A DNA stretch of 64,000 nt from an uncultured Chlamydiae bacterium (GTDB lineage Bacteria; Chlamydiota; Chlamydiia; Chlamydiales; Parachlamydiaceae): positions 1,536,001 through 1,600,000 of the forward strand of contig CAVWGN010000001.1 of assembly GCA_963754655.1 (NCBI GenBank). The letters run 5' to 3'. Each line of letters starts with the position of its first letter. The stretch's first letter is position 1. The notes beneath the pieces are model-generated. The model ran no database searches, was not told the origin of the DNA, and saw only the letters and a program-made list of their open reading frames with translations. The translations under genes were made by a program, and so were the position numbers. Positions 54,568 through 64,000 of the stretch are shown here, one piece after another.

Positions 54568-55104
54568 TTAAGGTTTCGTTTCTAAGCGAGGAATTCCCCA
54601 AGCAAGAAATATTAAAGACATCCCAAAGAAAATCATGTTGATTCCAACCAAGAGTCCTAAAACCCAAAAAGCTGTTCCTGGCCATCCAGACCAAATAATA
54701 TAGGCAATAATTAAAGCCAGTACTCCATTTAAAAGAAACCATCCCCAACGGCGAAATGGGCGCAATTGAAAACCCAAGATAATTTTGGCAAGACCTTCTG
54801 CAATGAAAAAAATGGTGAGTATGACGGTGAGGGAAAAAATACCGGCAATTGGAAAAGAGATCAGTAAAATCCCAAAGATGACATACAAAAGGCTGGTTAA
54901 TAATGAGCCTATGAAGCCAGGGGCTTGCCTTGTCTTGATTGTACGATACAATTGCACGACTCCTGCAAAAATCAACAACCAACCAATGAAAAGCTCTGTA
55001 CTCAGGGTTGAAATGCCTGGGAGGGCAACAGCTATAAAACCTAACAGAGTAAAAATAATTCCTTCAAATAACAATAAATAGCGATGACTTTGTAACCATT
55101 CCAT
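54568..55104 (-). CDS. HdeD/DUF308 family membrane protein
   Basis: Six hydrophobic segments, WVLGLLVGINMIFFG. Confidence 0.85.
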   Translation of the reverse strand: MEWLQSHRYLLLFEGIIFTLLGFIAVALPGISTLSTELFIGWLLIFAGVVQLYRTIKTRQAPGFIGSLLTSLLYVIFGILLISFPIAGIFSLTVILTIFFIAEGLAKIILGFQLRPFRRWGWFLLNGVLALIIAYIIWSGWPGTAFWVLGLLVGINMIFFGMSLIFLAWGIPRLETKP

Positions 55105-55371
55105 GTCTCTCTCCTTTGTTTTTATATTTCTTTATAGCTTTCTGCTGAATTGTTGTAAAACGACAAGTTTTTTTTTGATTTAAATGATTTGTTAAATGAT
55201 TTTTATTTAACGAAGAGACTTAAAAGAAAAGCTATTTCCTTTATGATCATTAATCACTCATTGATAAAATAATAATTAAATAAAAGGTGATAATTTTGAT
55301 AATAAGAAAGGGGAGGGAAGTGAAGCTTTAACGCCTTATGAGAATAAAATGCTTGCTCATCCTCCTTTCCA

Positions 55372-56646
55372 TTAAATAAAGCCAAGCCAATCTCTTGGTT
55401 TTTTAAGACTTTCATCTGCAAAGGCGAAAGCCCAGTAATTTTGCTTAACGGCAGCCAAGACAATCTCGCGATTTTTTTTAAGGCTTTCATCTGCAAATTG
55501 AAGAGCCAATCCGTCTTGCTGAACAGCAGCCAAGACAATCTCTCGATCTTTTTTAAGATTTTTATCTGTATATTGAAGGGCTTTGCCATTTTGCTGAACG
55601 GCAATCAAGACAATCTCTCGATCTTTTTTAAAGCTTTCATCTGCATATTGAAGAGCCCAGCCATCTTGCTGGACAGTAGCCAAGATAATCTCTCGATCTT
55701 TTTTAAAACTTTCATCTGCATATTGAAGAGCCCGGCCATTTTGCTGAACGGCAGCCAAGACAATCTCTCGATCTTTTTTAAGGCTTTCATCCGCATATTG
55801 AAGAGCGCGGCCCATTTGCTGAACAGCAAGCAACACAATCTCTCGATCTTTTTTAAGGCTTTCATCTGCATGTTCAAGAGCCCGGCCATTTTGCTGAACA
55901 ATCCCTAAAATAATGTCTCGATCTTTTTTAAAACTTTCATGTATATCAAAAACACAACATCCAAAACAGCGAGCAACTTTAATAAAAACTTTTCTATTAT
56001 TAAAATGGGGAAAAATTTTGAGCGTGGAGATGACTGATGTTTTTACCTGCTGCCATGCTTGACTTTGACTGCCAAGATAAAGTTTTTCAATAAAGTCATT
56101 TTTGATAATATTTAATCTTTGATCAACAGTGCCAGATATAAGAGAGTTTAAAATAGACGCTTGCTCTTCGGCTACATGCTGGATATTTTTATTGGCACTC
56201 TTTTGGCAAATTTCTGGATCCCATGGATAGCGATCCAAAAGAGAAAGAAATAAACTCTTGGAATGAAATAATTGTGAATCAATCATTAACAATTTTTCAA
56301 ATCTGTGTGTAGTATGGAGTCGATCGATCAATTTAAATTCTTGAGATGAAAAATGCTTTTTTTGATCAGTTATCATATACTCCTGCAAACGAATAATAGT
56401 GGATCGATCATTTCCTTTAAGTTGAAAAAGGGTTTGTGCTAAGGAGATACAAGGATTCTCCTCAAGAATGCTTTTCCATTTTTTACAGGTGAGTAAAATA
56501 GAATAAATATCACATAAAGGTTGGCTCTTTTGATTGATCACCTGATCAAAAATAATTCCTAACACCTCATTGGGGAGTAATGTATCTAACAAAGATTCGT
56601 TTGAAGTGTTTTGCATTGTTTGTAAATGAATGGGAGTCAGTTGCAT
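55372..56646 (-). CDS. F-box-like + DUF4116 repeat protein (candidate secreted effector)
   Basis: LPNEVLGIIFD...LTCKKWKSI; about 7 repeats of 25 aa, ADESLKKDREIVLAAVQQNGRALQY. Confidence 0.85.
   Translation of the reverse strand: MQLTPIHLQTMQNTSNESLLDTLLPNEVLGIIFDQVINQKSQPLCDIYSILLTCKKWKSILEENPCISLAQTLFQLKGNDRSTIIRLQEYMITDQKKHFSSQEFKLIDRLHTTHRFEKLLMIDSQLFHSKSLFLSLLDRYPWDPEICQKSANKNIQHVAEEQASILNSLISGTVDQRLNIIKNDFIEKLYLGSQSQAWQQVKTSVISTLKIFPHFNNRKVFIKVARCFGCCVFDIHESFKKDRDIILGIVQQNGRALEHADESLKKDREIVLLAVQQMGRALQYADESLKKDREIVLAAVQQNGRALQYADESFKKDREIILATVQQDGWALQYADESFKKDREIVLIAVQQNGKALQYTDKNLKKDREIVLAAVQQDGLALQFADESLKKNREIVLAAVKQNYWAFAFADESLKKPRDWLGFI
55400..55940 (-). repeat. 75-bp coding tandem repeats
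   Basis: CAATCTCTCGATCTTTTTTAA recurs every 75 bp. Confidence 0.9.
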
Positions 56647-56906
56647 GATTAAACTTTGATTAAATTGGTTATTATCATATATTAAACTAATATTTTTAAT
56701 ATTTTAATTGTTGATATTATAATATTTAAATTTATGAGTCTACAAATTTATCGTTAGTGAAAATCAACAAAAAAAATAAAGTGATCTTAAATCGCAAAAA
56801 TTCATGGCTGGGCTATGAATTAGCTTTATGGTCTATAAAGAGTGGAAATTTTGATTAATTTGAATGTGTTTTAAAACAATTAAAAAATTTATTTTAGTTT
56901 CTAATT

Positions 56907-57506
56907 ATGCCCAAATTACCATTAAGTTTTTACCAACAAGAAGATGTGCTGGAAATTAGTCGTCAACTTTTAGGGAAATATCTTTTCACTTATTTTGACA
57001 ACTGTTTAACAGGTGGAATGATTATTGAAACCGAAGCCTATCGCGCTCCAGAAGATCGTGCTTCTCATGCGTATGGTATGCGTCGTACAAAGCGGAATGA
57101 GGTCATGTATCAAGCAGGCGGTGTTTGCTACGTTTACTTATGTTATGGCTTGCATGCATTGTTTAATGTTGTGACCAATCAAGAAGATGTCCCTCATGCC
57201 ATTTTAATTAGAGCAATTGAACCCCTTATTGGAATAGAAACCATGCTTGTACGCCGTCATAAGCAAAAGATTGATTGCAATTTAACAGGTGGTCCTGGAA
57301 ATCTTGCTCAGGCGTTTGGCATTAATTTATCTCATAATGGCCTTTCGCTCGTAAGTTCGCAGGTCTGGATCGAAGATAGGGGATTTCAAGTTAAAGAAGA
57401 GGCTATTATCAATTTGCCACGCGTTGGCGTTGATTATGCTAAGGAAGATGCTCTATTACCTTGGCGCTTCTGCCTAATAAGGCATAAGAATGATTTAAAA
57501 TGTTAA
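56907..57506 (+). CDS. mpg: DNA-3-methyladenine glycosylase (MPG/AAG type)
   Basis: IIETEAY, DRASHAY, YVYLCYG, LIRAIEP, GPG, RVGV, PWRF. Confidence 0.92.
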   Translation: MPKLPLSFYQQEDVLEISRQLLGKYLFTYFDNCLTGGMIIETEAYRAPEDRASHAYGMRRTKRNEVMYQAGGVCYVYLCYGLHALFNVVTNQEDVPHAILIRAIEPLIGIETMLVRRHKQKIDCNLTGGPGNLAQAFGINLSHNGLSLVSSQVWIEDRGFQVKEEAIINLPRVGVDYAKEDALLPWRFCLIRHKNDLKC

Positions 57507-57548
57507 GAAACCTTCATCGCAACGCCGTGAGAAAAGGTAAGAATCCCT

Positions 57549-57845
57549 TTAATAATGAAGGTGAAATTTATTATTAGCTAATTGAATAATCGATTCTACC
57601 GCCTCCTCTGCATCTTCTCCTAAGGCCTTAATTCCTATTTGAGCTCCTTTAGTTGCTGTCAACATCAGAATGCTCAACAAAGATTTAGCATTAACTGCTT
57701 GTTTTTGGTAGATCAAATAAACTTGCGATTTAAAAGAACTCGCGCATTTTACAATTTCTGTTGAAGGCGCAGCATGTAAACCTCGATGATCATTTACCTT
57801 AAATTTTCCTTTTGCCAAATTTTTTTTCTCAGATAGTTTTGTCAT
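57549..57845 (-). CDS. ptsH: HPr family phosphocarrier protein
   Basis: GLHAAPST, NAKSLLSIL, GEDAEEA. Confidence 0.88.
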   Translation of the reverse strand: MTKLSEKKNLAKGKFKVNDHRGLHAAPSTEIVKCASSFKSQVYLIYQKQAVNAKSLLSILMLTATKGAQIGIKALGEDAEEAVESIIQLANNKFHLHY

Positions 57846-58103
57846 AATGTGTTCTCGTCAATAAAGGTTTTGCAGTCTTATTTAATCAGTTGAATCTAGG
57901 GAATGGGTTATTCGGTTTTAGCGACACCAACTTGAAGAATTTCCTTTGTGTTTTGATAAAGATAATATTAATTTTTTGTAAAGATATTAGGTTAATTGCC
58001 TGCTTCACAGTCCATTCGATCAATTGAGTCTATAAATAAAAGAAAGAATGCGATATGAATTTGAAAGAACCGAATAATCCTAATAAGTTGGGAGAAAGGA
58101 AGA

Positions 58104-59102
58104 ATGTCAAAGCGAGAGTCGCGCTATGCAATCGGAGTTGATTTGGGAGGAACTAAAATTGAAGTGGGTATTGTGGATGAAGCAGGACATATTCATCAGC
58201 ACCAACGTTTAGAAACTCTGGTTGCGGACGGGGCTTCAGCTATTGAAAAACAAGTTTTAAAAAGCATTCATGATTTGCAAGAAAAGTCGGGAATACGGGC
58301 GTTAGGTGTTGGAATTGGAGTAGCAGGGCAAATTCAACCTCAAACGGGTCTAGTGGTTTTTGCACCTAATCTCCGCTGGCATAACGTTCCTTTGCAAGCA
58401 AACATTGAAAAGGCAATTAAAATCCCAGTGCACATCGTCAATGATGTAAGAGCGATTACCTTAGGCGAATGGCTTTATGGAGCAGGCAGAGGGTATAAAG
58501 ATTTGATTTGTGCTTTTATTGGAACAGGAATTGGCAGCGGGGTAGTCAGTGGAGGCGAGCTTCTCACTGGATGCAGCAATACATTTGGAGAAGTGGGTCA
58601 CATGACCATTGACTTTAACGGCCCTAGTTGTACTTGTGGAAGACAAGGTTGTTGGGAAGCTTTTGCAGGGGGATGGGGAATAGCAGCGCAAGCTCAAAAA
58701 GCAATTGAGGCGGAGGGGTATAGTGCTGCAGGTCAATGCATGTTGAAATTAGCAGGAGATCGATTGCATGCGGTGACAGCTAAAATTGTCGTGGATGCTT
58801 ATCGTCAAAATGATCCCCTAGCAGTTTTATTAATGGAAAAAATACATAAAGCATTGATTGCGGGTTTTGCCAACTTAGTGAATCTTTATAGCCCCTGCCG
58901 CATGATTATAGGAGGAGGTTTAATTGAGGGGATGCCGGAGTTGATTCAGGTGATTGATAAAGGAGTCAAAGAGATCGCTCTAAAAGCAGCAACTCACTCT
59001 TTAGACATTGTGAAACCAAATTTGGGAAAGGAAGTGGGAGTCATAGGATCGGCTGCTGCTATTTTTAACCTAATGAAGCATAACGACGGAGAAGGTATCT
59101 AA
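58104..59102 (+). CDS. ROK family sugar kinase (glucokinase)
   Basis: GVDLGGTKI, NDVRA, GTGIGSG, GEVGH, CTCGRQGCWE. Confidence 0.9.
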   Translation: MSKRESRYAIGVDLGGTKIEVGIVDEAGHIHQHQRLETLVADGASAIEKQVLKSIHDLQEKSGIRALGVGIGVAGQIQPQTGLVVFAPNLRWHNVPLQANIEKAIKIPVHIVNDVRAITLGEWLYGAGRGYKDLICAFIGTGIGSGVVSGGELLTGCSNTFGEVGHMTIDFNGPSCTCGRQGCWEAFAGGWGIAAQAQKAIEAEGYSAAGQCMLKLAGDRLHAVTAKIVVDAYRQNDPLAVLLMEKIHKALIAGFANLVNLYSPCRMIIGGGLIEGMPELIQVIDKGVKEIALKAATHSLDIVKPNLGKEVGVIGSAAAIFNLMKHNDGEGI

Positions 59103-59770
59103 TGCAGGCATCTATCTATACGACCTTATTTTTGGATGTAGGAGGAGTTTTCCTTACTAATGGCTGGGATCATAAGATGCGGGAAAAAGCTGCCCATCAA
59201 TTTAATATAGACTTCATCGAAATGGATAAGCGGCATGCTTTAACATTTGATACTTATGAGATTGGGAAAATTACACTTGATGTCTATCTCGATCGAGTGA
59301 TTTTTTATACTCAGCGTCATTTTTCCAGAGAGGAATTTAAAGATTTCATGTACGGTCAATCGCAAGCTTATCCAGAAATGATTCAATTGATACGCGATAT
59401 TAAAAAGCGCTATTCTTTGCGTACAGTTGCCGTGAGCAACGAAGGACGCGAACTCATGGTCGAACGCATTGAACGCTTTAAATTGAAAGAGTTTATTGAT
59501 TTTTTTGTATGCTCTGGCTTTGTAGGTTTGCGTAAGCCTGATGAAGACATTTATCGCATAGCCTTAGATCTAGCCCAAGTCAATCCTCAAGAAGTGGTTT
59601 ATGTGGATGATCGTTCAATGTTGGTTGAGATTGGAGCTAAAATAGGGATGCAAGCCATTCACCACTCAAGTTTTGAACAGACAAAAAACCTTTTACAAGA
59701 TTTTTTATCCATTACCCCTACAGGAAGGATTGATCGCTATGTTAGAACATCTTCAAACACTATTAGGTGA
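59102..59770 (+). CDS. HAD-family phosphatase
   Basis: FLDVGGV, SNE, RKPD, YVDDR. Confidence 0.85.
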   Translation: MQASIYTTLFLDVGGVFLTNGWDHKMREKAAHQFNIDFIEMDKRHALTFDTYEIGKITLDVYLDRVIFYTQRHFSREEFKDFMYGQSQAYPEMIQLIRDIKKRYSLRTVAVSNEGRELMVERIERFKLKEFIDFFVCSGFVGLRKPDEDIYRIALDLAQVNPQEVVYVDDRSMLVEIGAKIGMQAIHHSSFEQTKNLLQDFLSITPTGRIDRYVRTSSNTIR

Positions 59771-60791
59771 GGAAACTCCTTATCTTTTGAATCATCAATG
59801 CAAAACTATTTCAAAGGATAAACTGCATTTGCCAGGTCCAGATTTTATTGATCGTATTTTTTCTCAAACAGATCGTAAGCCTGCAGTTTTAAGGAGTTTA
59901 GCTAACATGTATAACTTTGGAAGGCTAGCAGGTACAGGCTATTTGTCGATTTTGCCTGTTGATCAAGGTGTTGAACATTCGGCAGGTGCCAGCTTTGCTG
60001 TGAATCCTGATTACTTTGACCCCGAAAATATTGTCAAACTGGCTATTGAGGGAGGTTGCAATGCTATTGCTTCAACTTTAGGAGTATTAGGCGCAGTGGC
60101 CAGGCGCTATGCACATAAAATTCCTTTTTTGGTCAAGCTCAATCATAATGAGCTTCTAAGTTATCCTAATACCTATGATCAAATTTACTTTGGACAGGTG
60201 GAGCAGGCCTGGGAAATGGGCGCTGTAGCAGTAGGCGCTACCATTTATTTTGGTTCTGAAGAATCGCATCGCCAAATCCAAGAGACAAGTCATGCCTTTG
60301 AAAGAGCGCATGAATTGGGTATGGCAACAGTGTTGTGGTGTTATTTGCGCAATAATGCTTTTAAGAAGGGTAATATAGACTATTCTACAAGCGCAGATTT
60401 AACGGGACAAGCCAATCATTTGGGCGTGACTATTGAAGCGGATATCATTAAACAGAAGCAAGCCACGAATAATGGAGGATATCAAGCGCTTCATTTTGGG
60501 AAAACAAGTGATTTAGTTTATGATAAACTGACAACAGATCATCCCATCGATTTAACACGCTATCAGGTTGTTAATTGTTACATGGGACGTGTAGGATTGA
60601 TTAATTCAGGAGGGGAATCCGGTAAAGATGATTTAGTGGAGGCTGTCAGAACCGCAATTATTAATAAGCGAGCAGGTGGAACAGGATTAATTTCAGGCAG
60701 AAAGGCTTTTCAAAAACCTATGAAGGATGGCATCCAGTTGCTCAATTATGTTCAAGATGTTTATTTAGATTCTGCTATTACAGTCGCTTAA
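59739..60791 (+). CDS. fbaB: Class I fructose-bisphosphate aldolase
   Basis: [39 protein letters not shown]. Confidence 0.95.
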   Translation: MLEHLQTLLGEETPYLLNHQCKTISKDKLHLPGPDFIDRIFSQTDRKPAVLRSLANMYNFGRLAGTGYLSILPVDQGVEHSAGASFAVNPDYFDPENIVKLAIEGGCNAIASTLGVLGAVARRYAHKIPFLVKLNHNELLSYPNTYDQIYFGQVEQAWEMGAVAVGATIYFGSEESHRQIQETSHAFERAHELGMATVLWCYLRNNAFKKGNIDYSTSADLTGQANHLGVTIEADIIKQKQATNNGGYQALHFGKTSDLVYDKLTTDHPIDLTRYQVVNCYMGRVGLINSGGESGKDDLVEAVRTAIINKRAGGTGLISGRKAFQKPMKDGIQLLNYVQDVYLDSAITVA

Positions 60792-60815
60792 AGAATTTTA
60801 TTTTAGGAGAGAAAG

Positions 60816-61367
60816 ATGAAGTCAAAACAATTAGAAGGGGTAAAGATTTTAATGTTTGGAGAGAGCATGTTTGAAGATTTGGAGTTGCTTTATCCACGCT
60901 ATCGTCTTATGGAAGAAGGAGCCAAAGTGGTGATAGCAGGTCCTAAAGCTAAAGAAAACTTCCAGAGTAAGCATGGTTATCCATGCATGGCTGATATAGC
61001 CTTTGAAGATGCTAAAGAAGCAGATTTTGATGCTCTTTTCATTCCTGGAGGATATGCTCCCGATAAAATGCGTAAAAACCAAGCAGTCTTAGAGCTTGTT
61101 CGTCAATTTAATCAAAAGGGTAAACCCATTGCTTTCATTTGCCATGCCGGTTGGGTCCCAGCTTCAGCAAAAGTTCTAAAAGGAGTCAAATGCACCTCTT
61201 GGCCAAGCATTAAAGACGACTTGATCAATGCGGGAGCCAATTGGGTGGATGAACCTGTAGTTGTCGATCGCCATTTTATTTCCAGTCGCAAGCCCGACGA
61301 TTTACCTTATTTTTGTCCAGCGGCTATTGAAGTGATCGCGCATTCAAGACAGCATGCCCATGCTTAG
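60816..61367 (+). CDS. PfpI/DJ-1 family protein
   Basis: FEDLELLYP, PGGYAPD, ICHAGW, SRKPDDL. Confidence 0.92.
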   Translation: MKSKQLEGVKILMFGESMFEDLELLYPRYRLMEEGAKVVIAGPKAKENFQSKHGYPCMADIAFEDAKEADFDALFIPGGYAPDKMRKNQAVLELVRQFNQKGKPIAFICHAGWVPASAKVLKGVKCTSWPSIKDDLINAGANWVDEPVVVDRHFISSRKPDDLPYFCPAAIEVIAHSRQHAHA

Positions 61368-61369
61368 GA

Positions 61370-61441
61370 CCCTCTGCGTTAAGTTAAGAGATGAGCTTGA
61401 GCTATCAGCGACTAAAGGCGTTGCATAGCTCAAGCTCATCT
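61370..61441. repeat. Hairpin repeat between convergent genes
   Basis: CCCTCTGCGTTAAGTTAAG then AGATGAGCTTGAGCTAT...ATAGCTCAAGCTCATCT; same family as 831.. and 24636.. Confidence 0.8.
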
Positions 61442-61937
61442 AATCGTTTGTATGTGAATATTGCTCTGATGATGTAATAAAATGTTCTTCAGGTCTTTGT
61501 TTGTGTTGCTGTGCTAAGAATTTCTCTATTGTTTCAAATTCAATCCAAGAAGCATCTGGATGAATGCCTTCACATTGTACGGCTGCTTGCTTCCAATTTG
61601 CTTCAGAAAGAAGGTTTTCTTGCCAAAATGGATAGGTGCGGCACTGAAGAGGACGGGCTGCATACACTTGACATTTTTGATCTTGATAAAAAACACAACT
61701 ATGATTCTGAGATTTTTTTTCGATTAAAGCATAACGTTGGCCTATACACCGCACATATAAACGCTTAAAATCTGCTTGCTTCAAATTTAAATATTCTGCC
61801 ATTCGTCCCATCTCCTCTTCTGTAATCCAAACGTAACCCGGAGAGCCTGTACAGCATTTGCCGCATTGTGTACAACTAAAAGGTAATCCGGCTTGATACC
61901 AAGGAATTTGAAATTGCTTTTCGAGATCTTTGCTCAT
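61440..61937 (-). CDS. YkgJ family cysteine-cluster protein
   Basis: CTQCGKCC, CVFY...CQVYAARPLQCRTYPFW, CEG. Confidence 0.9.
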   Translation of the reverse strand: MSKDLEKQFQIPWYQAGLPFSCTQCGKCCTGSPGYVWITEEEMGRMAEYLNLKQADFKRLYVRCIGQRYALIEKKSQNHSCVFYQDQKCQVYAARPLQCRTYPFWQENLLSEANWKQAAVQCEGIHPDASWIEFETIEKFLAQQHKQRPEEHFITSSEQYSHTND

Positions 61938-62055
61938 AGAATGATTTTACCTATTAAAATAGTTTTTTATTGGTTTAAATTTTATTGCAAAAAATAAATA
62001 CAATACAATAAGAGAAATAAAAATTTATAAAATGGTGCGAACTGTTGCATAAGAT

Positions 62056-62929
62056 CTAGTCCTCGTTTACATTAGTTTTTGCCTATTGAGATTGCTTCAA
62101 AGCCCGAGGTTGGGATGAGATGATTCTCTTGTAGTCCTTCAGACTACATGACGAGGGCTAATCTAACCCAGGACTAGGGTGTTCATTTTGTGCAAAAAAT
62201 GAGCTTTATTTTTCACAATAATTGGCATAGTTGAATTGAAAGTCGCATGTTTATGCCGTCCTTTCAGGACTCGATGTCTTTTTGATAGAACCCAGGCCTC
62301 CGCTTCGCTGCGACCTGGGCTGTAACATGACGGCCCTTCAGGCCTTAACAAGAGATGTTTAAGTCCCTCTTCTATAGCCCCTAAATCATCTTTTTGTTAA
62401 GGCCTGAAGGGCCGTCATGTTACAGCCCAGGTCGCAGCAAAGATGATTTAGGGACTATAGAAGAGGGACTTAAACATCTCTTGTTAAGGCCTGAAGGGCC
62501 GTCATGTTACAGCCCAGGTCGCAGCGAAGCGGAGGCCTGGGTTCTATCAAAAAGACATCGAGTCCTGAAAGGACGGCATAAACATGCGACTTTCAATTCA
62601 ACTATGCCAATTATTGTGAAAAATAAAGCTCATTTTTTGCACAAAATGAACACCCTAGCCCTGGGTCGGAACTTAACAAAGAACTGTTTTGGGCTTGATG
62701 TTTTTCGCGTTATTTTCGAGAAATATGCCCCTAAGGCCTGTTAAAGGCGTGGTGTTGTTAAATTGACGCGATGAATATCAAGCCCAAAAACAGTTCTTTG
62801 TTAAGTCCCGACCCTGGGTTAGATTAGCCCTTGTCATATAGTCTGAAGGACTACAAGAGAATCATCTCATCCCAACCTCGGGCTTTGAAGCAATCTCAAT
62901 AGGCAAAAACTAATGTAATGGAGTACTAG
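62056..62929. repeat. Composite fold-back palindrome 5: shell (about 117-bp arms) + module B (62174..62658) + hairpin C' (62659..62818)
   Basis: CTAGTCCTC...CATTAGTTTTTGCCTATTGAG / CTCAATAGGCAAAAACTAATG...GAGTACTAG; module B near-identical to 25860..26255. Confidence 0.95.
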
Positions 62930-63049
62930 ATGATCTTCTGTGCGACTGGCTTTTGATAATTATGATAGCTGGACGGAGTAAATTTTTTCCTATAAATTAA
63001 TTTTTAAGGTAGTGTGATAAGCGAGCAATAAAAAAGCGGGCAGGAAAAT

Positions 63050-63853
63050 ATGCAAGAAGAAGTTAAGCGTCTATTTTTTGGAATAGAAGTTCATGCTCCT
63101 TGGCCTGCTCAATTGCCCAAAGGGCGTTTGTTAGATGAAGCACATCGCCATCTCACGTTGGCATTTTTGGGAAATATTCCTTATCCACCTCTTCGCGAAC
63201 TTTTAAAAAATTTTCCCAAATTGACTCTAAAAATTGGATCGGTTGGATATTTTGACTCTTGCTTGACTCTGCCTCCTCGTCATCCGACTGTTGTGGCTTG
63301 GCATGCCCATTGGCTTGATAAGCATGCGCCTATTGTCAATATTCAAAAGATTTTATCTGATTGGCTCGCGTCTCATGGCTATTCCTTGGACCAGCGTCCT
63401 TGGAAACCGCATGTGACTCTTTGCCGACAACCCTTTGATGCACAGGTTTGGATGCAGGATTTTCGTCCTCTTCCATTTTATGCCAGTTCCATTCATCTGT
63501 TTGAGAGCACTGGCAATCTTAGGTATCTTCCTATATGGAGCTATCCCATTAAAGCCCCTTTTGCAGAGATCAACCATACAGCCGACATCGCTTTTATTAT
63601 TCAAGGCGAGAACCTGCAGCAACTTTATGAGCATGCATTTACTGCCTTAGCATTTAAAGCTCCAGAATTCATTGAATTTTTCACACCTGTGGAATCTTTT
63701 AATCATCTTGATGATGTGATTATCGCTCTCAACGCGATTGTTTCGCTTGTCGATAGCAAAATCGGAAGTCCATTAAAAGCCATCAGTTTTCATGGAGAAA
63801 TCGTGCCCTTGCAAGATTCTTTATTACAATGGGAGATGATCGTCGATGTTTAA
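63050..63853 (+). CDS. 2H phosphoesterase (ThpR/LigT-like) fused to a C-terminal archease domain
   Basis: RLFFGI, HLTLAFLG and PHVTL (two HxT motifs); then HTADIAF...G...L..L...A..AL, KAISFHG and terminal IVDV typical of archease. Confidence 0.8.
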   Translation: MQEEVKRLFFGIEVHAPWPAQLPKGRLLDEAHRHLTLAFLGNIPYPPLRELLKNFPKLTLKIGSVGYFDSCLTLPPRHPTVVAWHAHWLDKHAPIVNIQKILSDWLASHGYSLDQRPWKPHVTLCRQPFDAQVWMQDFRPLPFYASSIHLFESTGNLRYLPIWSYPIKAPFAEINHTADIAFIIQGENLQQLYEHAFTALAFKAPEFIEFFTPVESFNHLDDVIIALNAIVSLVDSKIGSPLKAISFHGEIVPLQDSLLQWEMIVDV

Positions 63854-64000
63854 ATTAAATAAGATTAAACCCGCAACTTATTTACTGCCAAAAGAAGGCA
63901 ATATGCGCGTCCCAGGTCTTATCATTGCAACACCCACCTTATTAGAAGAAGTTGAAATTGAGCAGCCACTCGAACAAGTGCGTAATGTTGCCCATTTGCA
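63846..64000 (+). CDS. rtcB: RtcB RNA ligase, N-terminus (runs off window)
   Basis: MFKLNKIKPATYLLPKEGNMRVPGLIIA...LEQVRNVAHL resembles the N-terminus of archaeal-type RtcB; overlaps the archease stop codon. Confidence 0.75.
   Translation, partial: MFKLNKIKPATYLLPKEGNMRVPGLIIATPTLLEEVEIEQPLEQVRNVAHL

Noticed and set aside
55441..55908. 155-aa plus-strand repeat ORF and shifted minus-strand ORFs
   Set aside because: Shadows of the 75-bp DUF4116 repeats.
62056..62929. Palindromes as pure amplification or assembly chimeras
   Set aside because: Arms carry scattered mismatches, stay intergenic, have defined shared termini and recur at distant loci; only the internal loop duplication remains questionable.

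Overview
AT-rich bacterial chromosome segment, most likely an environmental chlamydia (Parachlamydiaceae/Protochlamydia-like). This is inferred from the Cys-rich envelope proteins, MOMP-like porin, F-box/DUF4116 effector and gene content, not from a marker gene. Gene content: a glycosyltransferase cluster (GT2-TPR-propeller paralogues, GT4, GT10), copA, transporters, acnA, a BclA-like GXT collagen gene paired with a porin, a moxR/bat operon, sulfur/oxidative-stress genes, an osmoprotectant ABC system, a sugar-phosphate operon, and a 2H-phosphoesterase/archease fusion followed by the start of rtcB. Three near-identical 840-bp IS5-family copies are inserted at CTAG. A decayed island at 42.1-47.7 kb retains an intact AbiEi/AbiEii pair among fragments of a transposase, an ABC ATPase, a phage terminase and a RelE-type toxin, and ends in a tRNA(CAT) 3'-half scar. 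The most striking unexplained structure is a family of long (110-870 bp) non-coding fold-back palindromes built from interchangeable nested modules with TA/CTAG and CCNGG junctions; two of the three IS copies sit at their tips. All calls are by eye, with no database searches.
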